The notes: generated by a model from the letters alone, not told the origin. Positions 36,741-52,400 are shown, counted from the stretch's first letter. The stretch is DNA of 64,000 bases from Octopus bimaculoides (GCF_001194135.2 NC_068983.1:63789795-63853794), one strand, 5' to 3'. A program made the numbers and translations.

Positions 36741-37409
36741 GTTTGCATGTATATATGTACATGCATGTATACACACACACACATACACACACACTCGCAC
36801 ACACACACAAAGATACACACACTCATACACATACGCTCATAGACACACGCACACATATATGTATATATATATATATATTTATCTCAAGCACTACATAATG
36901 CTAGTCAGTTATCCGCATCTTCTGAAGAGGATATAGAGACTTTGCTGCACGGAGATATCAAAATCCGTCTTTATTGATAGTTTTTCTTCGCTTTTGTGTG
37001 TATACTTTCAATAATGACTCAATATTGGAGCTCTCAGCCTAATAATATAGTTATTTCAACCAGTCATCGATTATCTGCAGCAGTTGAGTGGATGAGGCCT
37101 GATTATACCACCTGATTTGTAGATACAACGTTTCATATCAATTCAGTCTTTACGACAGTTATTGTTTGTCAGTCTTTCGTCTTCCTATCACTCTTCTAAC
37201 CGTCTTTTCTTACCGTCTTCTCTAGACTGCTTAACCTTGATTGAAAAAAAAAGGTGGAGTTTAATATTTGAATTCATCCCAATACTACATAGTGAATTTT
37301 CACTCTTTACACACACACACACACACACACGCGCGCGCGAACACACACATATACACACACATATACACACACACAAGCACTCACATGCATACAGACACAT
37401 ACACACATA

Positions 37410-37457
<48 letters not shown>

Positions 37458-38805
37458 NNNNNNNNNNNNNNNNNNNNNNNNNNNNNNNNNNNNNNNNNNN
37501 NNNNNNNNNNNNNNNNNNNNNNNNNNNNNNNNNNNNNNNNNNNNNNNNNNNNNNNNNNNNNNNNNNNNNNNNNNNNNNNNNNNNNNNNNNNNNNNNNNNN
37601 NNNNNNNNNNNNNNNNNNNNNNNNNNNNNNNNNNNNNNNNNNNNNNNNNNNNNNNNNNNNNNNNNNNNNTATATATATATATATATATATATGTATATCA
37701 TAATACAAATGATATGTGAGGATATGCATATATACATGTACATACCTACATGTATATATAGATGCCTATCCGGGTACAGAACGTAGAAAAAGAACGTGGA
37801 CAAAAAAGGAACGGGAACATAAACAAAGCACAAAAAACGAACTATTTTTTTTACGGACAACAAAATAAACATATAGGAAAACAGACAAGCCATATATATA
37901 CGCATTCACATACACACATACATTCACATACACACATACATTCACATACGCACACATGCACACACATCCAGACATACGCTCGACCACACACACACACACA
38001 CACACACACATACGTATCTGTTAATAAGATGGACTGCTGCATAGTTACTCTCTATAAAATTCCGCAAACAAAACTAGGGACTCCGACTTAAGACACGTAC
38101 CCAATGCAGTAACATCGAACCTGAAGCCAGGTGGTTACTAAGCGATCTTCATAATAACGTGGTTATAGCTGCGCCAAGCATAAAGAACATTATTTGGCCA
38201 TTAAAAGACAATGTTGAAACGCAAGAGAAGATTTGAATGTTTTTATTCAGATTGAAATTAGTAGTGTTCGTCATCATTTATCGAGTTATTAAATTATTTA
38301 AGCTAATTAATAGAAATAGATACCAATTTCGAAATGTAAAATTTTGTTTAGTTGAGTTACTGTTACAAATATTTTGAAATTTAAAAGGTATTACTAATCA
38401 CCCATGTGAAAATACGAACTCCAGACAAGAGGTACCCGCGCGATACCCTATTTCATCACTTATCTTCAAGTGTAAAGGAATTTGTGGAAAGTGGACTTTC
38501 ATCATGATAATAGCATGAATCATAGAATATCAATCTGCATTGAGATGTGCTGTTTTGTATCGAGGAAAACTTTTAATATACATGAACTCTTCCTTATACT
38601 TAACTATTTCGACTCCACTCATAAAAGTTTAATTAATGCTTTGAAGTTTTCAACCACTTAAAATTATTTTATGATATGTAAACAAAATGCTTTTTGAGTG
38701 CTTTCTTTGAAAACACGAAGTTCATATATCAAATATTTCCCATAGAAATTATTAATGCGTCTAAATGAAAAGCTTAATGACTTTCATGTTTCAAACGCTT
38801 GCAAT

Positions 38806-38848
<43 letters not shown>

Positions 38849-38919
38849 CTTTATGAAGGGTTTTCAATGTCGTTTGTAATAAACAACATATTCCTATTAC
38901 AAATACATAAACACACAAA

Positions 38920-38987
<68 letters not shown>

Positions 38988-40019
38988 TACAAATGCACAT
39001 ATGTACTGAAAATTACACAAACGCAGAAGCTTACCAACAGATACGATTGAGATGTGACACAGTATTTCGACAAATATCTTAATAATGGATGTTAGATAAT
39101 TTTAGGATATTGTAAATAAATTGCTTTGATATTTATCTAAAGTATGGACAATAATGTATCTTTATAGTGCTTCCAGTTTCATTTCAAGTTATATTTAACC
39201 ATCATACAGGAGGATTTCAAGTTGAAGGTAAATATATATCAATTTCATATGATATTTCTTCAGCTGCGGGCAGTTATTCTAATATTAGTATCTTATTTTC
39301 TAATGGAACTCTGTTTGCATATGTTATTAACTTTAATTGAATGTTTTTGCGTTCTCTCTAAACACAGATAGACAATGAGAGAATCACACGTGAAAGGAAA
39401 TGAGAAGAAGCACATCAGTAAACATGGAAATTCTCTATGTGATGGTTCGATGTGCATGAAATAGCAGTCAAATCCTATGTGGATTGTGGATATTGGTAAC
39501 GGCTGGAATTACTTTGATGGCAGAATTGCTCGACTTGGGCTACCTTGGAGTAAACACCAACGACATCATTATCTTCGTCATCAACAACAAAAGCAGAAAC
39601 AACAAACCAGCCGAGCGGCCAACAGTAAACAAGCCAGTCGGAGAAGCATCAACATAGTCATTAAATATACCAGAAATAGCAGCTAACCTCCCTAAAATCG
39701 ACACCACCATGCTAAAAACAAAACAAAACACAAAGCAAGAAACAGAATACTGCATTAGGAAATGCGGTTCTCGATTAACTACATCTGAAAAAATATAAAA
39801 AGACAGATTGGTAAAACTGGAGCATTTTGATTGGACATCTCTTAATCAAGTATGATCAAGAGCAGAATAAATAATAATCAATATGAAATATGAACTAATG
39901 CAAGGGGCTTTTATTTGATCACTCGAAAATGTAGTAAAAACTCTTTCAGTCGTATTCTACTGCCTTAAAAATGGAAGTGTATATTGGACACAGCTGCCAT
40001 AGAGATATTTATCTCTTGG

Positions 40020-40180
40020 AAATATAGTCCGAGAGTTCAAGAGTTCAAATTCCACCGAGGTCGACTTTATCTTTTATTCATCCAGAGATGACAAAATAAG
40101 TACCTGCTGAACTCTGGAGTCGATGTAATCGACTTATCCCCTCCCTCGAAATTGCTGACCCTGTTCCAAAATTTGAAATC
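40020..40180 (+). mobile_element. tRNA-derived SINE (OK/OR-like family)
   Basis: GAGTTCAAATTCCACCGAGGTCGACTTT...GTCGATGTAATCGACTTATCCC...CCAAAATTTGAAA. Confidence 0.75.
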
Positions 40181-40399
40181 AATGTAAAACATGGGATGCC
40201 CTGTTAAATTGTGTGATATAATTTTCTAAGATGTGTAAAATACTCCACATAATCTACTGACTATCGGCAATGACAGATGCTGGCTTTATGCTTAAGAGCT
40301 GTGCCTTTGAAATATAAAAATCTGACTACGTTGCGCTACTATTCAGTCTGTCTATTTACTCCTGTAACTGATCTAGCTTTGAAGAAGAGAATAACTTAA

Positions 40400-41330
40400 G
40401 GAATAATCAAGGTCAAGATAAGGTAAAATCGTTGACAGGATGCTTATTTGATGCGGTCTTAGATATAATCCAGTTGATGACAACTAGGAAGACGATGGGT
40501 GAAAAAGATACAGACCTGTAGTCCATCCGATTTCCCTGCAAAGAATATCTTGTCAGTGATAATGCAGCGTAGCATTTGAGATTGTTATATAACACACTTA
40601 TCACTATGATGATCTCAGAGAATTTCACTGAACACGCTCTCTAACTGTTTGATATGTATGGCATTGGTTAACTCTAGATACTGGGGCAATTCTATTCAAA
40701 GTACTGTTTAATGTTGTTTTTCAGCATAAAAGTCTGATCCAACAATTCTTTACCTTTTCTGTATGCTGCTTTTATTTCGCTCCAGATGTTGTCCTTCACC
40801 GAGAAGGTCCGCAGAACTGTGCAGAAAATCTTGCTGGAGATAAAAAGAAGTCCAATCCTGCACAATATATGGCATTTCCGTGAGCTGCCTTTCTTTGAAT
40901 TATTGACAATTTGTCACTCAAGCAACTTATTTGAAATAAGATCATTTATCAATTTGGCCGCAAAAAAGATCAAGCAACGGTTACGTTGTTGTTATCGGCG
41001 CTCTCTTTTACTTTTTTTAGTTTTTCAAATAATGTCGTGTCAAGATAATCTTCAGCTGGTCGAGTTTTAGCAAGTTCACCTTGTTTAAAGAGGTTTAGAT
41101 CTTGTGTTTGATACATGAACCTGGATATTGCTTGAGATATACATCGGAAAAAAAACTTACGGAATGCTTTAAGCGGTGAAGTATATTATATTAACAATAT
41201 GGCTGAGATCTGTAGAAGGAAAAATGAGCATAGATGTAATACATCATTCAACCCAATCTTCAGCAAGGAAATGTTTGTGGCTGTAACTAAGTATTTTCTC
41301 GTTGATGAACAAGTATTTTCCATCTCAACG
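40400..41330 (-). mobile_element. Decayed RTE-clade LINE reverse transcriptase fragment
   Basis: Minus-strand SKKG...CRIGLLFISSKIFCTVL...EIKAAYRKGKELLDQTFMLKNNIKQYFE.NCP...LYNNLKC...SPIVFLVVINWI follows the RTE RT motif order. Confidence 0.7.
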
Positions 41331-41439
41331 TAAATACTGCAGAATCATAAAGAAGAAGACTGTGAAGGTATATCATTTGATAACGCATTACTTTCGTAAA
41401 TGTATAGCCCGTAAATGTATGGTTTCAAATAAGATAGAT

Positions 41440-42135
41440 AAAATCTTCTACTAAGGGTACAAGGTGGAGAGAGGTAGTCAACTTCGTTGACTCCAGTGCT
41501 CAGCTAGTACTTATTTTATCGACCTCGAAAGGTAGAAAGGCAAAGTCGACCTCAGCGAAATTTCAACTCAGACGGAAAGATCGACGAGATATCGCTAAGC
41601 ATTGTGTCCGGTGCGTTAAATATAAAGTAGATAATAACGATAGTAATATTGGCTTCAAATTTTGGTGCAAGGCCAGTAATTTCTAGCAATGGGATTAATC
41701 GATTACATTGATTCCAAATACTCAATTGGTACTTATTTTCTCGACCCCGAAAGTATGAATGGTAAACTCGACCTTCGACTTAGAACGCAATGATAGACGA
41801 AATGCCGTCGAGCATTTTGCTTGGCGTGCTAACGATTCTGCCAACTCACCATCTTAATAACATGTGTAACATTGGTTTCAAATTTTGAAGGCCAGAAAGT
41901 TCGGGAGCATATTTTATCGATCTCGATAATAACAACAGTAATATTGGTTTCAATTTTTGGCACAAAGCTAAAAATTGCGAGGGATGAATAAGTTGATTAC
42001 CTCGGCCACATTACTCAACTGGTACTTAATTTTTCGACCCCAAAAGGCTGAAAGCAAAGTCAATGTCGGCGGAATTTGAACTCAAAACATAAAGATGGAC
42101 GAAATGCCGCCTAGCATTTTGCCTGGCATGCTAAC
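41440..42135 (-). mobile_element. Cluster of about four tandem SINE copies
   Basis: Same family as the 17-18 kb cluster, same orientation, TAA-rich linkers. Confidence 0.78.
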
Positions 42136-42518
42136 ATCGTAATGGTGATTGTAATATTAACGTGGGAAGATGTCCAGACACTAATTAATGGAAACATATT
42201 AATCTGATTACTTTATCCAGAGTAAATAGTTGTGGGGCGAAAGAAGTAAGTTATAATTGTTCTATTAAAAATTCTAAGTCTACTAAGGGTTATTTAGGAT
42301 TTATCATCACTTTATTTTAAAATGACACGAGTTGCATGACGACTACCTTAAATATAAAGCTGGAAGGAAAATGACTTTGTATTCAGAAAACGTGTGAAGG
42401 TTGAAAACATTCAATAATCTTTGGGTGTTGAAAAGTTGTGTGCGGTGAAACGACGTGTTCCCGTGATTTGTATACCGGGGGAAAATGAATTATAGAAATG
42501 AATACTGCAGCAACAATT

Positions 42519-42579
<61 letters not shown>

Positions 42580-42818
42580 NNNNNNNNNNNNNNNNNNNNN
42601 NNNNNNNNNNNNNNNNNNNNNNNNNNNNNNNNNNNNNNNNNNNNNNNNNNNNNNNNNNNNNNNNNNNNNNNNNNNNNNNNNNNNNNNNNNNNNNNNNNNN
42701 NNNNNNNNNNNNNNNNNNNNNNNNNNNNNNNNNNNNNNNNNNNNNNNNNNNNNNNNNNNNNNNNNNNNNNNNNNNNNNNNNNNNNNNNNNNNNNNNNNNN
42801 NNNNNNNNNNNNNNNNNN

Positions 42819-42856
<38 letters not shown>

Positions 42857-43330
42857 CTCTCTCTGTATATATATATATATACCCCTCTCACTATGTGTCT
42901 CACCCACGTTTATAATATATTTTTTTTAAATTACGTTTTTTAATCACTTTGCAAACCAATTTCTGAAATCAGTTTTGTAAATGAGGTTTAAATCATCTTT
43001 TGATCATTTGTTTTTGTTTACTGCAATCATATTTCATCCGGTGACTATTAACCATAATTAACTACTGTTCACAGTTACATATGAATACTAGAGGAGTATA
43101 CAAAAGACACGCATGGGTATATGTTAATACACATACACACGTACACACACAAACACACGCACGAACACATACACATATACGAGTGTATATTTCAAATTGT
43201 ATATGTTGTATATTATGTCCTATTGGTGCATGTATGTGAGTGTGTCAGTATATTTGTCTATTAGAATATGAAAGTAAGCTGGCGTCTGTCTGTACACGCA
43301 CACACATATGTATACATACATACACACATG

Positions 43331-43382
<52 letters not shown>

Positions 43383-43639
43383 CGTACATACATACATAAT
43401 ACATATATGTCTGTATTTATGTATGCATATATGTATGTATGTACGTATGCATCGTAGTGCATGGATATATGTATAAACAGAGACAATAAATGTATGCATG
43501 TTAACATGAGATATAAAAAAATGCGTGGGTTTTATCGAAAGAAATGCAAAAGTGGCGATAACTTTGATATTAGCTCACATAGGTTTAGACGGCAGATGAC
43601 AGAGTGTATATTATTGTCTGTGCAACGTTACTACAGAAT

Positions 43640-44560
43640 ATAGACGCCATTAAAATCGATGTATTTTGCCCCATAGTTGAACTCAACTCTGGAATTTTCT
43701 TTGAAAAGTCTTTAGTTGCATACTGTCGTATCCACTTTATAACAGCCACTTTCACCTCGTTTTTGTCATTAAAAAGTTAACCCTGAAAATTGTCATTCGT
43801 TGACCGAAGAGCAGGGTCCTAGATGTGGGCTGCACTGTGTAGGGGATGCTAATCAGTTCAATTTTCCAGTTAGTGTCAAAGATGTGTGCGATCATGAATA
43901 GTCATTGCGAATGTGAATCGATTTTATATTCTTATTTCGTCTATTTCACCTCACAGCCTAAATAATCTGTTTGTGTCTCAAATTAACAGCCATACTTTAC
44001 GGGACAGCAAAACACCAAATGCACAAAGCCAAAACAGTTACCATGACTTTCTGTGACGATAAATGATTTCTAAACTTCTTAGGTTTTCCAGAAGAGATCT
44101 GATTTTAAATATAGTATATGGACTGAAATTTCGTTTCCGGATTATTAAGATCCGTCTATCTATTGTCAACAAATCAGAGAACTTCTGCTCGTTGTTTTCA
44201 AACGCCTCTAGCATATCGGAGCAGATTTTCAGTCTTTTTTCTTTCAACTCAATTGTGAAATGTCGAGGCACTCACATGTATACATTTGCTGCTACTCAAA
44301 ATTTCCTTCCAATATTTTTATACATTGTGATTACAATCCTGTTGTTCAACAAGGTCACAGGTTGTGATTCATCTGTCAGCACGAATCAGTTCGTTCCCTC
44401 ATTGATGACACATGTCAGTGGGTTCAGATAATGGTCTTCCGCAGCTGGTCTTTCAATGCTGGTTTTCTCTTTTTAATCTTCTAGATACATCAGTACACAT
44501 TACCCTTGTCTATAGTATCATCATAAATAACTTGTACACTTCTGTGACGCCGGAACAGCT
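43640..44560 (-). mobile_element. Decayed mariner transposase remnant
   Basis: VPRHFTIELKEKRLKICSDML..F (WVPR region) and a decayed HPPYSP-like segment followed by EVKVAVIKW; TIRs not identified. Confidence 0.62.
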
Positions 44561-44789
44561 ACAATGAAGCAACAGACCAGATATATATTGTTATGTGTGT
44601 AAATGAAATGGTGAGGAAAAATAACGAGATATCTGTTTAAAAAGTCGCCCGAGGAAAGGCAGTCTGCACTTGTGATGTGAGACAATTGATTGCATATCAT
44701 CTCACCTATGAACTACAGGTGAAGAATGTGTTGAAACAATTATATTAGTTCAGAATAAAGAATCTTGTGAATTCTATTTTACTGTCTCT

Positions 44790-44949
<160 letters not shown>

Positions 44950-45489
44950 TTTGTGTATACGTATATCTTCATGTATGTGTGTGCGTTTGCATGTGTGTGT
45001 TTTCGCGCATATTTACACACGCCCATGCGCGCACACGCACATACACATATGTATAGTTAAAGAATTCGTGTTAAACACGATAAAGGTAAATAAGTGTTGA
45101 ATTATTTCCGTTAATTTGCTATGGATTTGCCAAGAAATTAGTTTACTACAGACGTATGTGTCTATATGAGTCTTATAGAGTCATTCATTAAACGTTAAAT
45201 CATTGATTGGTGTCTGCAATCTGTACGGAAATCATATAATCGATTATTGTAATGTAATTTATTTTAATTTCTTCATGTTCGTCTAATTTTGTATTTAAAT
45301 GAGAAATATTTTAGAAAATACCAAAAAGCTGTCGAACCACTCAGCAGTATTTTTAGTGTCCCCCATGTGAAAAATACCAAATAAAACGAAATATTATTCA
45401 TCCCTTGATAAACCAGTAACGATATATGAAACAAGAAAATCTTTGCGCGGAACTCTCAAGAAATTGCATGTAAATATCATTCCCTAGTC

Positions 45490-45492
45490 CTA

Positions 45493-45569
<77 letters not shown>

Positions 45570-45643
45570 CCTACCTATCTGTCTGTCTGTGTGTCTGTGT
45601 GTTTGTGTGTATGTCTGTGTGTCTGTGTGTCTGTGTGTCTGTG

Positions 45644-45709
<66 letters not shown>

Positions 45710-45711
45710 CC

Positions 45712-45742
<31 letters not shown>

Positions 45743-45790
45743 CTATCTTTCTAACAGTGTGTTCTGTCTGTCTGTCTGTCTGTTTCAGTG
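45490..45790. repeat. Compound (ATCT)n/(GTCT)n/(GT)n microsatellite
   Basis: Direct reading. Confidence 0.95.
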
Positions 45791-45829
45791 TCTTAGAGAG
45801 AGAAAGGGGCAGAAAGAGACCTTTAAAGA

Positions 45830-46090
45830 GACCCTCAATATCTTTCCTTGCAGACAATAGAAAACGAAGGATAACAAGGAACCCTGGGCTGCACAGCTTC
45901 CCATGCAGACTCTGTGATCATACCTGCCTGTTCGGAATTGGAGACTTTAAGTAATAGAAAGCGTGCAACTGATTTAGACATTGCCCCGAGTAAATCTTCG
46001 CACGCTCGCGAAACCAAGAAGATTACATACGTACATACATACATACATACATACATACATACATACATAAATACATACATACATACATGC
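45830..46090 (+). mobile_element. 3' end of an RTE-like LINE with (TACA)n tail
   Basis: RKRRITR...FPCRLCDHTCLFGIG resembles the RTE C-terminal C..C.R.C.SRIGL.SH motif; a tetranucleotide tail follows. Confidence 0.45.
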
Positions 46091-47569
46091 ATACAAATAT
46101 ATATACATACAAAAGGAGTATGGAATATCATATTGACATATCAGAGAGGCTTGCTATAGCGCAGACGAATGTTGTAGCCAAGAATCAAACAACCGAGTTG
46201 GCAGTAAACGAGAAGCTCATTGCTTACCTAAACATTTAGCACAAACTGTATACACGTTGCCTCAACCAATTCCTCCACGGTCCTTCTAAGTCCAACAAAA
46301 TAGTGAATGATGAAAAGGAAGGAGTGTGTGGAAATGCCTAACGACATTTGATAAGCAAAGCTGCACTCTGTGAAGTGAAGAAACACATTAGGAATATTCC
46401 AGCAGTATGCCTTTGATTACAGGTATCAACCATTCTTGATAAGGCTGCCAGTTTAGTCACCGAAGACCCGACTATAGAACGATTGTACCGAGTTACATGT
46501 TACTAGTAGTGCCCGTGAGCGACCTGACATAACATACATACATACATACATGCATACGCAATTACATAATACATACATACATACATACATACATGCATAC
46601 AAATATATATACATACATATAGGCATATAGGCGTATATTTATACAGTGAAATTTTGTAAAACATGTATGTGTATTTTGATGTATGCATTTGCCTCTCTCT
46701 CTCCCTCTTTGTGTATTTGTTTCTCACCAAAAGAAGAATTTAAGGTTTATATATGGCGTCAGAGTTAACCTCGACAATTTGCATCTCCACAGTTATAACA
46801 GTTAGTCGGGTCTAAAGTAGCAACCCTATCAAGATTGGTTGATGCTCTGCAGGACGAAAAATAAGACCTGCCAAAGGGCGGAAGTGCTCATGAGCAGTCA
46901 ACGACCATCCAACAGTGTGCCTATAATAGTAGAACAGTTTCTTATGTACCTTGTTACCCAGACTTCATGACATATTTCTTCATTAACTAATTACATATTA
47001 TGGAACATGGAACGCTCTTCCTACGATTAATTGTTGTAATACTGAAGATGCAAGTTGTCATGATTAGCTCTGACACCATATGTAAACCTTCTTAAATTCC
47101 TCTTTTGGTGAGAAATAAATAAACATATCAGCTATATATACTACGGAAATACTGTCCCAGTATGAAAGAAGAAGCGTTCAACATATGCCGATCACAGTTA
47201 ATGTAACTTCGTGGTCAGCGACTCTTTTCAGATTTAATTACGAATATTGTTGCTCTAGTTCCAATATACTTGAAAGATTGGAAGGACCTTTCCAATTACA
47301 TAAGATGCTTCTCATTATTTATCAAAGGTGTAATAAATGTATCCCAGATAAGTTTAATTGGAAAAAGTTATTAAAATGAGCAGCGGTCTTTTAAGAATTT
47401 ACCCATTTTCATTCGTGATCTGTATTCATCTGTCTCAGCAACTGAGAGTGCTCAACTTCGAGTTACTTTTGAGAAACTATGAAGTTTATTTAAATATAGA
47501 AAAAAAAATACAAAAAAAACCAACAACAACACATGTATGGTATATGGATGTATGCGTATTTATGTGTTT

Positions 47570-48250
47570 GAAACTAGTTTGCTCTGTGAATAAATCTATT
47601 TAAAAACGACTACAAGTTTTTCAGTTGATAAGCGCAATATATGTATGTGTTACTATTAGTTTCATGTGGTGTCTTTAACATGTTTGGTGCCCTAGCACAT
47701 GAAACGAATAGTGTCACATAAATACATATATCATGTTTATTGAATAATATATATGCATATATGAGTGTTTGTGTGTGGTGGGAGTGGGGTGGGATGTGTG
47801 TGCCTGTGTTTGCATGTGTGCGTACATACATACGTAAACACACAGATATATATATATATATATNNNNNNNNNNATATATATATTATTTTATAAACGTAAT
47901 ATATGTATTTATGTGGCACTATTCGTTTCAGGTGCTAGGGCACCAGACGAGTTAAAAACACTGGTGTGTTCTTACCACATGAAAGTAACAGTAGCACATA
48001 CATACATACATACATACATACATGCATACATGCATACATACATGCATGCATGCATGCATACATACATACATACTTACGTGCATACATACATTGGGTTTAT
48101 CAACAGAAAATCGTGTAGTTGTTTCTGAATAGATTTATTCACATAGCAAACTAGTTTCGATAAGTTTTTTCCTTATCAATGTTACAAATATATATAAAAA
48201 GTGAGATTTAGGAGAGTGTAAAATTACAAGGTAATGATTGGAGAAACATG
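47570..48250. repeat. Tail-to-tail inverted pair of Penelope pLTR ends (arms 47570-47755 and 47874-48160)
   Basis: GAAACTAGTTTGCT.TGTGAATAAATCTATT...TTTCATGTGGT...GGTGCCCTAGCAC.TGAAACGAATAGTG.CACATAAATACATATA on + and on -; 48160-48250 continues as the reverse complement of 53620-53700. Confidence 0.75.
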
Positions 48251-48669
48251 ATCAAACCATGAAGTATTCAAATGTTCACAGACATTTCAATAAATTTCAC
48301 AGGTATAGAAAGACATATCAGTGTAAATGTTGTGCGAACATCATAACAAATGTACATCATTGAAAATTCAGTCATATTGAGCTTTTATAAAATAAGTGGA
48401 GAAGAAAGAGAAAAAGGTGGAGAGAAAGAAAAAAAAAACCTTTTTCTTTTTACAATTTCTGTCGGGGTGCGTGTAGTTCTTTTTTTCAATTTTGCTCTCA
48501 GTGCACAAGTCTCTTCACCGTTTAAGACATGTTGAAACTGGAAAATACTTTGGGTTCAATCTTTTAGTATTTCTTTTATTCTTTTACATGTTTCTGTTTT
48601 CTGACTGCAGCCATGCTGGAACACCGTCTGATATATGTTTTTACGGAAAAAGATTCTAATTTTTGATTG

Positions 48670-49490
<821 letters not shown>

Positions 49491-49499
49491 TCGGATGAA

Positions 49500-52400
49500 G
49501 TTACTTTTTATGGTAAATATTTGAGCTTACTTGAAATTATATGTCAGAAATTAATGAAACCCTCGAATGTAAATGTTTTGAAACCTCATTAATGCACAAA
49601 TCAGAAAATAACCCGAATTCTGAAACAAGAAAAAAGCAACATCAAATGTCAACTGCTTTCTGATATCAAGAAAGCTTTACTCTCAGTATGGGCCGAAAAT
49701 GATAAAAGCCGCAAATTCGTTTTCTGGAACACAATCAAAACACCAACAAAGCAGAGAAATACGAGAGATAGCTCAACTTAACTCCCTATATTCTTCACAG
49801 AAAACTGCAAATTAAAGCCATACCAACTGAACCAGAAAGACATACAGAACCTAATGACAAAAGAGTTCTTGAGAACTTCAAAATGGAGATAGAACTCTTG
49901 TAATTTCACCAAGAAAATTCCAACTCAACTGATGAAGAAATGGTGGTTCAAATTCCGAAAAAAGCTGAAGGGGAACTTTTTGAAGGAGAACTATCTTAAT
50001 AATCTGGTGTTAGAAATGTGAAAACGAGGAAATGATTTCTCTTCGAAGATGGGAAAAAAGCAATGATTTGTTCGATCAATATGAGAAAACGTTTAAGGAG
50101 GATTATTAATCAGAGAACCCTTTCCTGAAAAAATAAAAAAAATATCACGAACCCATACAACTGGGGGGAAAGTCACTACCGCAAAAATACTTGAATGCGC
50201 ATCTAGAACAAAAGAATAACCGATGCCTTCTCCGGAGCAACATCGAATACCGAAATACTCATCATAGACAAAGAGTGGGAAATTCCAATGCGCCGTTTCC
50301 CACAAAACAAAATCTCCTCTTCAAAGATGCAGAAACCTCTCTTACCTTAGGAACCCACTCACGTCCCAGACCTTGCATTTTCCGGAATGACTATTCCAGA
50401 CGGGGCAAAAGGGCAAACAGGAACTCCCCACGTTCGAGACACACCAAACGTAATGACAACTTCGGACAGGACCAAAGAAGAATAAGGAACCTCTCCCATT
50501 TGAGACATATCTTCTACAATGATATAACCATTACGACAACCCCGCACAGAACTGACCTCAACCGAGAATCCACAGTAGGTCAAAGGTTAATGGAATGACG
50601 ATCAGCCAGAGAACTAATTCCATACATCAAAATCCAAAGTATCATTTTTAAGCAAACTGGGAAAAACCAGGATACTCGATGGTACCATTAAAATGTGAGA
50701 TCCTAAAAATTATAAACCTCTCACGTAAAACCTTTTCAAGCTAACAGATCAAAATTCACCCGAAAGGACTGAAGTTCACCCCAACACCACAAAAATTGAA
50801 TTCAGATGAGGTACAGAATGATATTCTGGAATTCTGTAGAAAACATCGAATTACTGAAAAACTATTTGTTAAAGAACTTAATGCTTACACAATACTTCAT
50901 AATAAAACCAACTGCTGTCCGGTAAAAAGAAAAAAAACAAGCACTAGATAAGTTTTGTGATTTTGTATGCAATTCCCCCTATTATTTATTCCCATCTCGA
51001 AAATTTAAAACAAATACAAGCCTAGAAGAATGGGAAATCATTATTGATCTCAAGTAAGATCATAATATAGTTATAGAAGAAGCTGATAAAAGGAGTGGTG
51101 TAATGATCATAGACTCAGAACAATACATAAACACTACCCTAATCCTCCTTCAAGACAATACCTACTTCGAAAAAAATCAATAACTACAGTCAATCTAAGA
51201 TAATTGTAAAGCTTACCAACCTTATCCACCAGTTTCAACAAGATTTAACGGAAAAAGGAAGAGATTACCTAACTAGATTTGACTGCAATATCAACAACTT
51301 TCATGGACTTCCAAATATTCACAGAAGTGAAGCCATAAATGAAGTCTGTAGCTGATGAGGTTGTTTAGTCAAAAATATTCCACAACCGAGTGATCTCAAA
51401 ATGAGGCTAATTGTAGCCGGTCCTTCTTGTGAGACGCACAGAATCAGTAATTTTATTGACGTCCTCCTAAAACTTATTCTCCAGCATATAGTGTGCTTTA
51501 TAAGGGATGACCTGATCTTTTTAAACCATCACCCGAGCAAAACCAGCAAGAACTCTCTTCTAGTTTCATTCGATGTAATAAGCCTCTACACCTCGATCCC
51601 TCACGAATACGGTATAGAAGCTATGCAATTCTGGCTGGAAGATTTCCAAATGACAGAATCGGAAGAGGATTTATAATAAAGGGATCCAAATTTATCCTGC
51701 AGAATAACTTCTTCAACTTCAACGAAAACACTTACAGATAAAAATTGGGGACTACTTTTGCTGACCTTGTCCTGGCATACTTGGAAGTCCAACTATGCGA
51801 GCACGCTAGACTGAAATTTTTAGACAACTTCCAAGAATACTTACTCGCCAACTAGAAACGCTATCTGAAAAATTGTTTCATTTTGTGGTCACATATCCTT
51901 GAGCAACTCTCAGAATCTAAAAACTCAACAACATTAACCACAGTATCCAATTTACAATGGAACACGGTCACAGACAGCTACCCTTTCTAGACATTTTAAT
52001 CTTAAATAGAAATACCAACATTTAAACCGACATCTACTTTAAACTAACGGGCTCAAAACAATATCTGCTCTTTTCTTTCTTCCATCTAAAGCATATTAAA
52101 ATCCATGTACCTTTCACCTTGACAAGAAGAATTTGCACGATTGCATCAAATCTGAAACCCGAGATAAACGACTCGGAGAGTTGAAAACTATATTACTAGA
52201 AAGAAAATGCCGTGTTAGTTTAATAAAATAAACGGATTAGTACGTGCAAAAATGACAGACATTCAACAATTACTAAAAGCAAGAATGCCTCATAACACAC
52301 TTAAAACTTTATCTTATATACCAACATACAGAGGAACATGGAAGCAAACAACATCATCTGTCAGAATTTACCCCTGCTTCTTAACGACCTGAAACTGAAA

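Noticed and set aside
33599-38091. Long ORFs in the track at 33.6-38 kb, and similarly at 42.4-42.9, 59.8-61 and 24.5-25.1 kb
   Set aside because: They are open only because they cross N gaps or dinucleotide repeats (YI, HT, CV, RE runs).
39477-39755. Short ORFs with protein-like stretches on both strands
   Set aside because: No recognisable motif, no convincing splice pair, and several frames look equally plausible.
40786-40879. Apparent plus-strand exon (AG...CC|GTGAGC; VVLHREGPQNCAENLAGDKKKSNPAQYMAF)
   Set aside because: The opposite strand follows RTE reverse transcriptase motifs across the whole region, so this is antisense TE sequence. It shows that chance exon-like signals occur in this window.
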